From: Laetmonice hystrix
Lineage: Eukaryota
Direction: 5' to 3'
DNA length: 64,000 nucleotides
Assembly: GCA_965235115.1 (NCBI GenBank)
Contig: OZ249436.1
Span: forward strand, 34,720,001 to 34,784,000
Shown: positions 1-12,212 of the stretch, in pieces
Layout of the letters: every line of letters starts with the position of its first letter
Numbering within the stretch: the first letter of the stretch is position 1
Position numbers and translations under genes: made by a program
Notes under the pieces: generated by a model
Told to the model about the DNA's origin: nothing
Seen by the model: the letters and a program-made list of their open reading frames with translations, nothing else
Database searches by the model: none

Positions 1-582
1 GGTCAGTGAGTACATGCATCTATATAGGCGTATAAGTTATATGGTTAAGGGGCCCTTGGACCATACTTGCCCCCTCCGCCTATTTTGTTTTTACAACCAA
101 ATACAATATTCCAGGGGCGAATGCCCCCTACCCCGTAGCATAGCTTCGCAGCCCCGGTGCTCGCTGGCATTTCATAGGTCCTATATTTACAAATGAATGG
201 CTACGCCGCTGACATGCGTATTTACTTTATATCAGAAAACAGCGAAAGAATGCCGTGCTAACGAGCGAGAAGTACATGTTGTAACTGTATGTACGCAGTG
301 GGGAAATGTTACAGAATTAAAGCTAGAAATAGGGATAGATGTGCTCATATGTTGATATTCATATGAAGAGCTTGTCATAACAGTTACAGTCCATGAATGT
401 TGTGCAGTTAATATTGCTTGCACCAATTCCACCAGAATTCTAGATTGACGAAAGAATATGGCTCCCGTCCCAGAGGTAAATGTGCCTTGCCCATTATAAA
501 ATTCTGTGTTAATCTGACCGAGTAATGCCCCCCCCCCTCCCGCCCTCACCCTACGGAAAGTGAAAAGTTACATAGAACCTAA

Positions 583-833
583 GGTTACCGTATTGTATCA
601 TAGGTACTAGGCCTATTATTCAAGAGTAACTCGATATAGATTTGTAAAAATATAACCTTCATGCCTAATACCCCGTACCCTATCTTCAGATTTATGAAGT
701 CTCCATGACAAGTTACTGTATTGGTATCAAAGGTACTATTATTCGAGATTAACTCGATATAGATTTGTAAAAATATAACCTTCATGCCTTAATACTCCGT
801 CCTATATCTTGAGATTTATGAAGTCTCCATGAC
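583..833. repeat. Two-copy direct tandem duplication, period about 123 bp
   Basis: TAACTCGATATAGATTTGTAAAAATATAACCTTCATGCC...AGATTTATGAAGTCTCCATGACA starts at 627 and again at 750, with diverged flanks also alignable (583 vs 712). Confidence 0.9.
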
Positions 834-1165
834 AGGCCCGTCCCCGTCCGGGACGTATGGCGCTTCACCTCACATGACACTGATTGATGATAAATCATCA
901 TCAGTTAATACATTGTGAGACCTGGGGCGAGTATCACTGACAAAACCTTCAGACACCTTTGTGAGTATCAATGATAAATGTATGACATTCTTGGTCACTA
1001 CATTCCTAGTTTACATTCACTCACCATTACGTGTAGTAATACAGCATGCTTGAAAGGCAAGAAAATCTTCTGGAAAACTTTATTGATTTGCCTTCTCTAA
1101 AGTGTATTTTACATGAAAGACTTTTGTATATGTTCCTGGAAAATTTGAATTCCTTTAAAACAATA

Positions 1166-1501
1166 GGAGATTATCTCTCATTTTAATTGCTCCAAAATTC
1201 AGACATGGGCTGTTAGGTTAGATAAGGCCTTAGACTACATAAATCAATAAATACACCCAGAGAAATAGAGAAATGTAATGAAATTCAACATTCTTATGGC
1301 TGGTTGTTGACAAAGTCGTTGGCCTGGCGATGAACCGATGAATTTCATTGGCTGTTCATGTCAACAACCAGCCATAAGACTGGGGCGCTTGATAGCGACA
1401 ACAGACAATTGGAATATTGAATTTCATTAGATCTCTCCATTTCTGTCAGTGTAAAAGCCTATGTCTGAATTTTGGATGTAATTGAAATGAGATATATTCT
1501 C
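1166..1501. mobile_element. Foldback/MITE-like palindromic non-autonomous element, copy 1
   Basis: Left end ATCTCTCATTTTAATTGCTCCAAAATTCAGACATGGGCT matches the reverse complement of the right end AGCCTATGTCTGAATTTTGGATGTAATTGAAATGAGAT. Inner arms also pair (TTATGGCTGGTTGTTGACA about 1296 / TGTCAACAACCAGCCATAA about 1359; AATGAAATTCAA / TTGAATTTCATT). No ORF. Confidence 0.8.
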
Positions 1502-2120
1502 TGATTACTTGAAAGATATCAAGACAATTTGTTATTGCTCAGAGAAAGGAGTATACGAGTGGCACCGAGGGTTATCTGTTGTCATTTCATGCTGATTAAC
1601 GTATTTTAATATTCAGTTAATTAGTGAAGACTATACATGATTAGGGGAACATTAACCATCTCTTTCCAACATTTACTCTTTTTCGTCTATAATTGGTCAA
1701 TGTCGTAAGCACGGATTCGGCTGGTTTAATCAGTACCTTTGATTATCCTGACGTTGAGCATTGAGGAAAGCATGGCGTACAGACCCACAAAACAGAGTTA
1801 GGTAGGATTACGCCTGGGACGTTTTAAGTGACTGGTCCATGAACAGGTTCAGACATACATTGAATCCAAGTGTACCAGTGAGAGGATTATTAATGTGCAT
1901 ATCCTTGGAAATCAATCTTACAAGTTTAATTTCATTTGTACTGATAGGATCCTTTCTGTTGGGTATCATATTTAACCGTGCCACTTCCCTGCTGTGTCTG
2001 TTATCGGCCGAAATAATCAAAATAGTTCAATATACAAATATAGATACCGTATGTGGAAACGAAAGACATATTTGGCCGGTGAATTGCTCCATTGCTATGA
2101 CTCGACATTATTGAAGATAA

Positions 2121-2543
2121 CAGGTGTAACGATTTCAAGTTCCCCATCATTCAAGCCCCCCCCCCCGTATTTGAAAACATTTACAGATTCCCTCCCACGA
2201 TTTAACTTTCCCTCCCCCCAGGAACTTAAAGTGATAGAAAATGTAACGTATTTACATCCTCAGGCGGGGAGATCATGACATATACAGCTCAGTATTCTAT
2301 CAGGGGGAGTCTAGGGGGCTGAGTAGGGCAGCGGTCGAGTGGGGTCAAGGGATCGAGTGGGGGGGGGGGGGTCAGATTCCTAGATGGAGGAATTTGAAAA
2401 TGGGGGGAGGAATCTGAAAACGACTGATAAATCCCTCCCCGGGAATTTGAAAATGTTTTTAAATTCCTGGGAGCGAATTTGAAAACGTTTGCAATTTCCC
2501 GGGAGGAACTTGAATGAGGGGGAACTTGAAATCGTTACACCTG
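2121..2543. mobile_element. MITE with perfect 25-bp TIRs and TAA target-site duplication (PIF/Harbinger-type TSD)
   Basis: CAGGTGTAACGATTTCAAGTTCCCC (2121-2145) and GGGGAACTTGAAATCGTTACACCTG (2519-2543) are exact reverse complements. TAA flanks both sides (2118-2120, 2544-2546). A 3-bp TAA/TTA TSD is characteristic of PIF/Harbinger and Tourist MITEs; the superfamily call is inference. Confidence 0.85.
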
Positions 2544-4966
2544 TAAATTAACATGGTTACCTCTGGCTGTTTCGAGTGGAGAGTTCATTTCAGCATATTG
2601 ACGTTTATGTCAAAGTATCCCGACAAAAAGCAATTAATATTGGATCGTCTAGCAAACCACTTTTAATGTTTTATTGATCAGGTTGACAGGGGAGGTTTGT
2701 GGTTTATATAACGTTTACAATCGCCCCCGCTAATTGACAACATTATCATGGAGGTCATCGCTGGCGGTAATTATCGTTGTCATTGCCTTTGTTGTCATGT
2801 TGTCACTTTGTCATGAGGTCAGGTAGGCCCCTTCACCATGGCGAGGTCAGGGAATGTGTGGATCTTCATACTTTGTATTGTCACTTTATTAACGATCTTA
2901 CCGGGCGTACTATTGTACGTGCTTGGGTACATATTAAGTAGCACCTGGAGGTAGTTGCCGACCTGTGACCAAACACAATGATCTTTTAATGAGAGTTCTT
3001 TGATCTGTTATAGCGGCCGTAACTGTAGTAGAATGGGTTGATCTCTGACTCTGATCTCCTCGGCGTCACTAATGACATGTTGTTCATTACCAGGACACGC
3101 ATACTTATGACTTTGTAATCACACCAGCTAAGAAAATCTCATGTAAAAATATATCGTGCTCACTTTATCAACTTGACGAAAACTACAAAAATTGCTTGTC
3201 CTTTATCTCTTTTTCGTTTGCTTGCGAAATATATACTATTCCGTGTGCTTGCGAAATATATGGTTAGGCTTTAGGACCATGCCAAATTGTATTATATTGT
3301 ATCTTTTCTAAAGGAAGCATTGTGTTTAACGAATCGCAATGAAATGCCTCGGTTCATGATTAGCATTACACTAACGAATGGACCACTATCATTATCCACT
3401 CTAGGAGACTATAGCCTTTACCAAAAGTGGATATTGTGGTAGAGATTTGTTACGTTTTGACGGGTCATAGTTGCTTGTTTAGTGGTTTGTGTTATACAAT
3501 GTATTCTATAAATTCCCTTTAAAATCATCGAACTTGATTTTAACAAACCATCATTTGGCCTGGTATACTGATAAGGAATACACATCAAGAATGTGTAGAT
3601 CAGCTTCATTTACAATAGTGAAGGAAATTGACTGAGAAATGTCGTGTTTTTAACTGTTCAGAGCAGAACACTGCCTGGTATGTATTATTGTAGGTTCAGA
3701 TTTCATTGCGCCGTGTAGACATGTTTAATATCTTTATAATTTCTACACAGCGGATGTTCTGCCTTCTTTAATCAGCATCAGCTGATGAAAGATGGTGAGG
3801 CTCAGGCCCTCAGCATCCATGTTTCTGTCGGCAGAATGCTGAAGGTTATTGGAGGTCTGGCTTCATTCCCGTTAAGCTGGAAGGGATTTGCCTCCGTTGA
3901 CAAGCATCAGCCTTAATAGGTCCCTGTCGTAGATTATTCTTTGGGCCCGTCGAGAAAGACAAATTTGTCATATAAGTCGATGAAGAGGATTGGAAAAGAC
4001 TGTCTGGTTCAGTAAATGAGATAGAATGGCAGGAAAAGGCTGCCATTCTCTGGCTGCCTCGCCTGCATACATGGTTCGGATTTCTAAAGCGGTTGCTCAC
4101 AAATATTTGAAATATCGGCATGCCTATTTTTTCCTTTTCTTTGCTTATATACCCTATTAGGCCTACTTACAACGCGCCTTAAACCCAAAACTTTAAACTT
4201 ACTTAAACCAATATTTATTAGTAAAATTTCAACTTTTTCATCGTATTGGTGTAAATTACATTATGCAAGAAGGAGGGGGGGGGGGGTTGAACGGCTGGAA
4301 GTCGGTCTGCATATGGACCCTTTTTACAGCAGCACCTAATACCTCTATTTTCGACTTTTTCAGTCACATTTTCCATTCCTTTCCATTCCCATACCTATAT
4401 CCCTTACCCACCCCGTTAACGAGGTCGTCATTAACTATGAATCCGTTCCCATTCATATAACCACGTATGCCTATGGGTGGCCGTGCAATGTCGTATTATC
4501 AAAGAACATAGAATGGTATGTTCCTTTGTATTATATCGCCTCAAACAATAGGTACATTACCGGCGGAGACGTAGACTATACGCAGTACGAGTAGGGCGTT
4601 AATTGGCTGATTGATGCCTACCGACTACATCAAAAACCCAAGAAACATTAATTATAACTTAAAAGCTTCTGCACTTAACAGGCCGTTAAACCAACTATAG
4701 GGTTTTCTGCGATTAAAAGAGGTTGTATAATGAAAACACTAAATTACTCCTTTTCGGAATCTGTTGACATGCAACATCAAAGCGTAGTGTTTATCACGTG
4801 TGAACTGGTGTCACCGAAGTATTGGACTTGGCCCCGAGCAGTACCTGGCAAGGGTCTCATATATATATGCGGATTATATGCGGATTCTACATGTAAAAAC
4901 TTCCGCAAAAATCTAGTCTCAAGTCAATTTTGAAACAATGCGAAATGTGAAGATAAAAGTGAAAGC

Positions 4967-5009
4967 CCTGTTTATATGGACAAGTATCATACTTGTCCAT
5001 ATAAACAGG
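4967..5009. repeat. Perfect inverted repeat, 21-bp arms with 1-nt spacer
   Basis: CCTGTTTATATGGACAAGTAT-C-ATACTTGTCCATATAAACAGG. Confidence 0.95.
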
Positions 5010-5714
5010 ACTATAAAAGGTGATTTTCTCTTGTCCCTTTCCCCCCTGTATGAAGAATTATAATAGAATTTGGATTGAGAGATTTCATCCCCCTTAAGGT
5101 ATATTTACAACCATGAAAAGGCCATGGCGATATGTTTCGTACACTTTATAGAGCATAGAAGACTGAGCGTTGTTTAGCGGTGGTTGGTGTCACAGGTGTT
5201 TCCAGGTGACAACATCAACAGTACCTGAGCTCCTGAGGAGGAGGACGGGGAGGAAGAGGAAGATGATTCATACCTGTCTTGGCCTTTGTTATCGACTGGG
5301 TTTGTCTGTGGCTTGGTCTGCTCGTACCGAAAGCTCACCAGGGGGCGCCTTCAGAGGGCGCACATCGTGGCTGAAAGACACTGACAGGGGAGCAGGTATA
5401 ATCCTACCTGCCGCACGCAATCCCATATCCCGTATCTCTGAAACTACCGTGACCATTGTTATAGTGGGAGGGACATTGCGTGTTTCCCCAGGACACCATC
5501 TAAGTATCATAATATCGATATCATGGTTCACGTTGTGTCTCAGCATCTTGTGTGGTATATATGTGACGTCATTTCAGGTTGTCCCAATCCACCCCACCGT
5601 TTTACTGGTGTATTCATGTATTCATACGCTTGGTTTACTTTGGCAGGTGAGTGATGACAAGGAAGGTTGCACTGCCATGGGGTCGAGAGCGTTACGGGTG
5701 TACGTATGATGGTT

Positions 5715-6012
5715 CACTGGGGATCCCCCCCCCTTAAATTTTCCTTTCCCCTTTTTTAAGAAGATGCATTATTCGGACCCTGAAACCAGGATTGCAGCAA
5801 AATTCTTTTTAAAAAGCCTCTTATATTGTACGTGATAGTAACATCGGGTCTCCTCAGTCATCCAGGAGCAACAGAACTCTGGGCCATGCAGCATTGAAAT
5901 AGACCAAAAGGGGCCCAAAATGGCATAATCACAATAAAATCATGCCGAGCGTAGCGAAGCTAATAAAATTGTTAGGTGCCCCCCCCCCCTTACCGAAATC
6001 CTGGATCCCCCA
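5715..6012. mobile_element. Degenerate G/C-run repeat fragment (probable non-autonomous DNA transposon)
   Basis: Contains C-runs and GAGCGTAGCGAAGC, and ends in AAATCCTGGATCC. That end motif resembles AAATCCTGGGGACGCC at 12193 and the reverse complement of GAGCGAATCCCGGATTTT at about 19454. Confidence 0.45.
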
Positions 6013-6317
6013 AGGCTGGTTCCAAGTCTTTTCGTTTTCAATTGGCCACCTGGTTAGGGTTATGGAGAAGCTTGTAGTGCCGATGGACAGTCTGGTGGAC
6101 ACAATAATTATTGAACGATTGAGAGCCATACGATAAAAATCGCTCCCAGGCACACACACACACACCTCCGCAGCCTGCTGTCAAGTTTGATTTTCCTTCA
6201 CGAAAATTATTCAAACACATTTTGCTGGTGAAGCTGGTGAGCCAGAAGCGCAACACTGACTTTTATTTTACGAATTTACATTCTGACCTTTTTGTAATTT
6301 TCTTCTCTTGTTTTCAG

Positions 6318-6439
6318 CCTCTGTCAGTCTTGATAAGCCGCATAAGTCCCACGAGGAATTCTTGAAACAATTCAGAAATGAATGCCACAATGTTACAGAT
6401 TTTATCTTTGGTATCTTACAAGTTGCCAATGAATTGTGA
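6318..6439 (+). CDS. Possible terminal coding exon, unknown product (ASVSLDKPHKSHEEFLKQFRNECHNVTDFIFGILQVANEL*)
   Basis: Strong polypyrimidine acceptor TTTTCTTCTCTTGTTTTCAG ending at 6317, then a phase-1 frame open for 39 codons to TGA at 6437-6439. No recognisable homology. Confidence 0.2.
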
Positions 6440-6996
6440 ATCACCCTGTCGTGTGACTGGTACTGACGTAATGGTTTGAGATAGGGCTGAAATTTATTGC
6501 TCTCAGTCCAAACTAACCAGCCACTTGTTGGAATTTCGAAGTCTTCATTTTAGTGATAAGCTGTTTCACTTTCAACAGTATCCTCCCAACAGGAATGTAA
6601 GAGTTGCCGTGTGACGTACCAGTACGTTATTTAATGGGCTTGTAATACGTCACGTCTCCTTATTGTTACGTGTATTCCAACCAGAAAACCTTTCGTGAAC
6701 AGTCACGATTTCTTGTACAACAACTTGCTATGCTGTGATATATGACACTACTTTGCGGGAAGCTCGGCTGTCCTCCAAACTCCTTGGCAGCCTGGCCTCC
6801 TGCCTAACAGACGCGTCAGCTATGTTAGGTCAGGCGATGGGTAATTTCACTTGTCAGAAACCCGACAAGCGGAAGGAAGTTGCTTAATCTCCAAGCACTT
6901 CCGCTTCCGCGTTACTTTGGTCAGCTTCAACGATGACGAACCCTTGCAGAAATCTAGGGGCAAAACAGGCCTCAAGCGTACCTTTGCTGACTGTAA

Positions 6997-7210
6997 GAAA
7001 TTCATTGGGCGATAAATCGATGAATTTCATTGGCTGTTCAAGTCAATGTCAGGTCAACGATTTTGTCAACAACCAGCCATAATCCGATCGCTTCATAACG
7101 AGAACAGGCAACGGGAAGGTTGAATTTCATTAGATTTCTCCATTTCTGTGGGTATACATTATTGATTTATGTAGTCTAAGGCCTTATCTATACCTAACAG
7201 CCCATGTCTT
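6997..7210. mobile_element. Partial second copy (centre plus right arm) of the foldback element at 1166-1501
   Basis: CGATGAATTTCATTGGCTGTTCA at 7018 matches 1337 directly. TATTGATTTATGTAGTCTAAGGCCTTATCTA..CCTAACAGCCCATGTCT (about 7160-7209) is the reverse complement of 1201-1250. CAGGTCAACGATTTTGTCAACAACCAGCCATAA is the near reverse complement of about 1295-1327. Confidence 0.85.
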
Positions 7211-8524
7211 CATCTCGGAGTCATTAGAATAATAAATATCAAAATTTCAGGTTTAGGCCCAACATAAATAATCAACAAAGACATTCAAGAACTAACCCCC
7301 AGTGTATTCAAATACAAATGAATTGTTTAATTCCAGAGTTATTGTTAAAGGTTTAAGACGTATAGCTACCTTGTCAGTTGGCCGTGTGAATTTACCGAGA
7401 CCAGTCCCAGTCGTTATGCAATGACGTTTCGCGTGAATCGCCACCTTTAGCGCCCTCTAATGGGCTTTTACAGCATTCCCCCTCTGTAGTTATAGCAACT
7501 ACTGAAAGTTACGTGTTCAACTATACACTGGTCCTAATCAATTATCACATCGTTACGACAGACTTAATCAGACACCTTGATCCTGGACATAAAGCAGGAG
7601 ATGGCATTGTGGGAAGTTAAATGTTAAATGGCAATGACAAAGTTAACGTTTCTATAATAGAGAAGGAAGGATCACACTTGAAGGAAACTTTCACCACGAA
7701 GTCTTTACCTTGACAATGGCAGAGGAACGCGCCTTTGCTCAATGTAACTTTGAAAATGTGACGAACTACAGCAGTGAGTTGGCCTTGGTGTTAAGACTGA
7801 AACAAACCGATCAGTTGAAATCATATGCCAATCTTGCATTGTTTTAATGATTTCAACATGGAATGAAATATGCAGATATAATATTTCGTCAATTTCAAAC
7901 ATCAGAGAGTGAGATATTTTAATGATATCCTGTCGTCTCACAAAATACAGGATAAATTTTTGGAATTGATTGATGGATCATGGAATATTGAAACCTAATT
8001 ATACTTTAGTTACTTGGAAGAAATCGAAAATAGTGCAATCATATCATTGTGTAATGCGGATATTTATAGTCATTCTTGGAATTGTTTTTTTAATTATCTG
8101 ATTATTGTGCATAGGAGAGAACGTCCCTTTCCTAAACAAAACATTATCTTAGTAACAAACGTAGGTAATTTCATGGTGAAATTGCTTTAGCATATTAATT
8201 AGCCAGCAACATATCTCACATACCCCCCCCCCCCGTGCATAGAAGAACGATGCTATATTAGCATTCAGACCTAAACGTTTAAATAAAAGAATTGGTTGAG
8301 CAACTCAGAGATGATTCATACTGCCATTTTTATTATTTTTGTCAACGAGCCGACATTAAATAATTTTACTGTTTATGCATTGCCACACTACTGTGCTATC
8401 CAATGTAGTATATGAAGGTTTCTACCGCCGACCACAATGGTAAATTTATACAGTTTGCTTTAGATTCGTAGATGGCCCCTCATAGTCGAAATTCTGATTT
8501 GCACAACTATTATGCATGTTGCAT

Positions 8525-8765
8525 AAATTACTAAAAGGGCCCGGATCGCCAGGACCCCCTCCCCCAACCAATAAATTTAATAGATAAATGAATAAATAAA
8601 TAATGAAATTATGACTAGGTAAAAGCTAGTCATCAGCTGAAAATACTTTGGCTTCTAGGGGCCTGGAGTGACCCCCACCCCCGGCCACATAGGGATTCGA
8701 AGAAGAACACCCCCCGCCCCCCCCCGCCCCCCCCCCCCAGTAACTCAGTTCTTCCGACACCCCTG
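8525..8765. mobile_element. Degenerate G/C-run repeat fragment
   Basis: GGCTTCTAGGGGCC..GACCCCC, a long interrupted C-run (8710-8738) and a terminal TTCCGACACCCCTG. The architecture is similar to other C-run fragments in the window. Confidence 0.4.
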
Positions 8766-11700
8766 CTTCGGGAAAAACTGATTAGAAGAGGGGGATCTGA
8801 AGAGGAGTCACGTCATAAGAATTTATTCGAAAAGAAATAGGCCTACCTATTTAAAAGTGGGGTACAGAATCCCTAAACCACCCTCTCCCGATCCCCCCAG
8901 GGTAAAGTCAGCAATGGCGTGAAATGCCAGCAGTGGGCGGATCCTTGAAGTTAAAGTTGCCGGGATGCCAGGCACACAGCGAGACAAGAAACATTACAAC
9001 ACCCCCAGCCTTCACATCTGGCAGGATTTGCACATTTGATGAGGTTAGATCCGATGCGTGATACTGGTCTGACGTATAGTAGCTTTGATCCCTGACAGAT
9101 AAGTTTGTATGTGAACAATAGATGCCATACAGTCCTTTCATACTGACGTTTGGCGTATGGACTCAGGAGCAGCGGGGTGTGAAGCTCGGCAGGCTGTGTG
9201 GGGGCTTTGATCTCTGTGAAGGTGAAAATGACGGTCATTAATGGTTACCTGGAACGTTCCAGTCAGTCGAAGGAAGAATATCATACCTGCTGTGATTGTC
9301 TTTGGAAGGGGTTGGCGGTGGGATGCGAGTAAAAGCCACCAGCCCTGGCTGACGGAGACCTGTGGCCACTACAGTAGTATATAACCAATAAACCCATGAT
9401 TGAACCCGACTGAGAGTACCAACCAATCACTGGTCGCCATATTATTGGTGCGGACCGTCAACCATTACCTCCGGAAGAGAGATGGATGGCGCTGTGTCGG
9501 TGATGTAAATCGGAGACAAAAGGGAATGTGACAAGGGAGCAAAGGTCAGCGGCCGCATGGCCCAGTGCTAGCAGAGACTAGTTCAATAGAGGCAATCAAA
9601 TAATGGATTGCCAATGGAATCTGACATCAGGTTGGCCCTGCTGCTTATCGTCACAAGTAAGCTGCTAGTAGACCCCAGATTAAAGGAAAACCAACTTTGT
9701 TTGCGGCTAGGAGCATGTGATGTCTTGACCAGTTTTGTGTCGACTGAAGACAGTGATTCTCTTGTGGTTTTCCGATTACCTGAATTGCAGCATAGCAGGA
9801 ATTGCACGAAGAGAATTTCAAGCACAGTCAAGTAATGAAGCATCTCTGCCAGTAATCTTATTAGTATTTAGGAGCAATGCTTTTCTTTGGACGTAACCAA
9901 ATTAGTGCGATTGGCTCTAAAGAGTTATTCGTGGAATCCATTTTTCTTAGATGTGCCTGGAAGTTGCTGGTGTCTAGAAGTGTCAGAGCCTGTTATGTAA
10001 GCTTTAATTAGTGCCTCATTAGAACTCCGTTGGTCAATATGACGGAGGCTTTTAGAGGCAGAAACTCTAGAGCCAAGTTAGCGTGCAAGGAGCCTTTCGA
10101 GCTATACTAGATTTTATCTCTCTCATCAGTGGTAGTGTATGGCACGCAGATGTACATTCTTCTCTGGGTTCTAATCCGTTAATATATCTCTCGTCCCATT
10201 AAGTAATGACAATTATCCGCTTTTTACCTGCTAAGGTTCCATTAATCAAACAACACGACACCTTTGGGCGCAGCCAAAGATAAGATTACTTTACAAATGG
10301 ATTTCTGTTTGCGGAGATGTCATTGACCCTAAAAGAAATTATGTGTCTGCTGGAACGGGCTGGGGAAGCAAAGAACAGGTCGGTCAGGACTTTATCCAGC
10401 TGAGAGATAGTTTACCTGGAAATTCCAGCTACTAATCTTCATTATTTTTTTAAGTTAGATATAGTATCTAAATGGGGATTGATCTTAGGTGTTGAGTCGT
10501 AAAACCTCAGATTTGAATTTCAGATATTACAAAAGTTTTCGGACCAATGCCAGAATGGTCGTTCTAATTGTCAGTCTGATTCTATTGGAATGTATAGCTG
10601 CAAAGATCGCATCAATTCTAATTCTAATATACTATAACTTTCAGTAATATTTTTATAATAGAATCCAAGTTCCAGCAACTTTTAACATCAGGATATCATC
10701 ATGTTACACAGCGTGTACCATTGATCTTTGTTGACCACAAGTTACTTCTGGGGAAGTAAATACATGAAGCTGATAAAAGAATGAAGACAGACAGTATTCT
10801 TTGGAGGAATCAAACGTATGTGAAATAGTCCTGAGGCGAATGCTCTATCTTACTGGGATTATCAGGAGGACAGACCCTCTCCATCAACCCCGCATTGTAC
10901 AGTTTCGTCTCTAGGCACTATAGATATCATAAATCTAACTGAAACTTGTGTTAATGATTTATGTAATCTATGTTGGCCTTTCCGCCTGGCAAAGTAATTC
11001 ACCCTGGTCCATGTCTTCTGTAAAGAAATGCGCATGAAGAAAAAGGCATGATGGTCTGTACCGGCTGGAGGCTGGTGATAAGGTATGTTTCAGAGTGACG
11101 GAACAATCTGATAGAGTGGAACAATATTGATTGTAGGAACTTTGGTTTGTGGAGCCAGACAACCGTTTGTGGCATCATTCTTACTCCAGAGCCGGGGTTG
11201 GTCTGCCAGAGGGTGCGGGTAGTCACATACATCTACGACCGAGTGTGTATTCAGGCTTGACTGTAATGGACACCTCAGGTAAGCCCATCCTACGGCTAAT
11301 CGGGACGATACTCACGATTGAAACTCAAGAAAGACCTTTGGATAAGTTCCTAATCTGTAAATTGTCTATCGGATACCCGGTACTTATAGACGACATGTGC
11401 CGTAAGCGATTGCAAGGTTTACCTGAATGGTTTCATAAAGATTTCTCACGCCTCGCTCTGCAGATGGAATATCCGTCTGTGTGTAGGATGAGCATCATCA
11501 TCTTTCATCGAGAAGCGGGTAATAATAGAGCGTCTTGGACTGCCAACTTGGCGCTGTTACGTGACGGACAAAGGAGTGAGACGGAAGGTATAGACACACC
11601 TTTGAGGGTCAGTCGAGAAGGCCTCGGGCGCGATTGATGTCTAGACAACCCCACCCTTACCCACCTTCACCCTTACCCCACCCCCACCACCGCATTCAAT

Positions 11701-11934
11701 AGAGCATGGTGCAATGAGTTCGGGGGTAAACCTCTTCAGTTGTGTTGAGGAATTTATGTAATACGTGAGCATCCTGAAACGGTCCGAGGAGCAGGGCGAT
11801 TGCAGGGATGTAAGGTGCCGCCATACCGGTATGGAGAGCACTCGAGTGGCGGTCAGACTGAGTTCAATAAGATGTCAATGTGTGACGGGCTGGACATGCT
11901 AGAAGTCATGTGGTTAAAGCGACAGTGAAGCTCC

Positions 11935-12212
11935 TCATGTTGTCCTTAAAATGGCCAGATTGGCGTGTGGACCTTTAAAATGATCAAATGGACCTTGGCA
12001 ATCTTTAAATGGGCCTTGACACTGAAAGATGGGGGGGGGGGGGGTCGGGGTGCGAACGACCCCCCGCCTTTGGCCAACGGTGCTCCTGAAATTTTCAAAA
12101 TGAAGTGGAGTTAACATTATTCTCGTAATTTTTCTTCTGTTAGCTTTGTGCTGACCAGGTGCCCCGGAGGTCAAATTCGACCCATCCTTTGGAAATCCTG
12201 GGGACGCCTATG
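11935..12212 (-). mobile_element. G/C-run repeat family fragment
   Basis: The minus strand begins CATAGGCGTCCCCAGGATTTCC and includes a run of about 14 G (near 12030) beside GGTGCGAACGACCCCCCGCC. Its terminus is related to those at 5997 and 19451. Confidence 0.45.

Noticed and set aside
585-785. 66-aa ORF with a repeated MKVIFLQIYIEL
   Set aside because: It is a by-product of the 123-bp (41-codon) tandem duplication in AT-rich DNA.
5170-5709. Longest ORF in the track (179 aa)
   Set aside because: TTG start, a low-complexity GAG/AGG stretch and no domain motif; it is consistent with chance.
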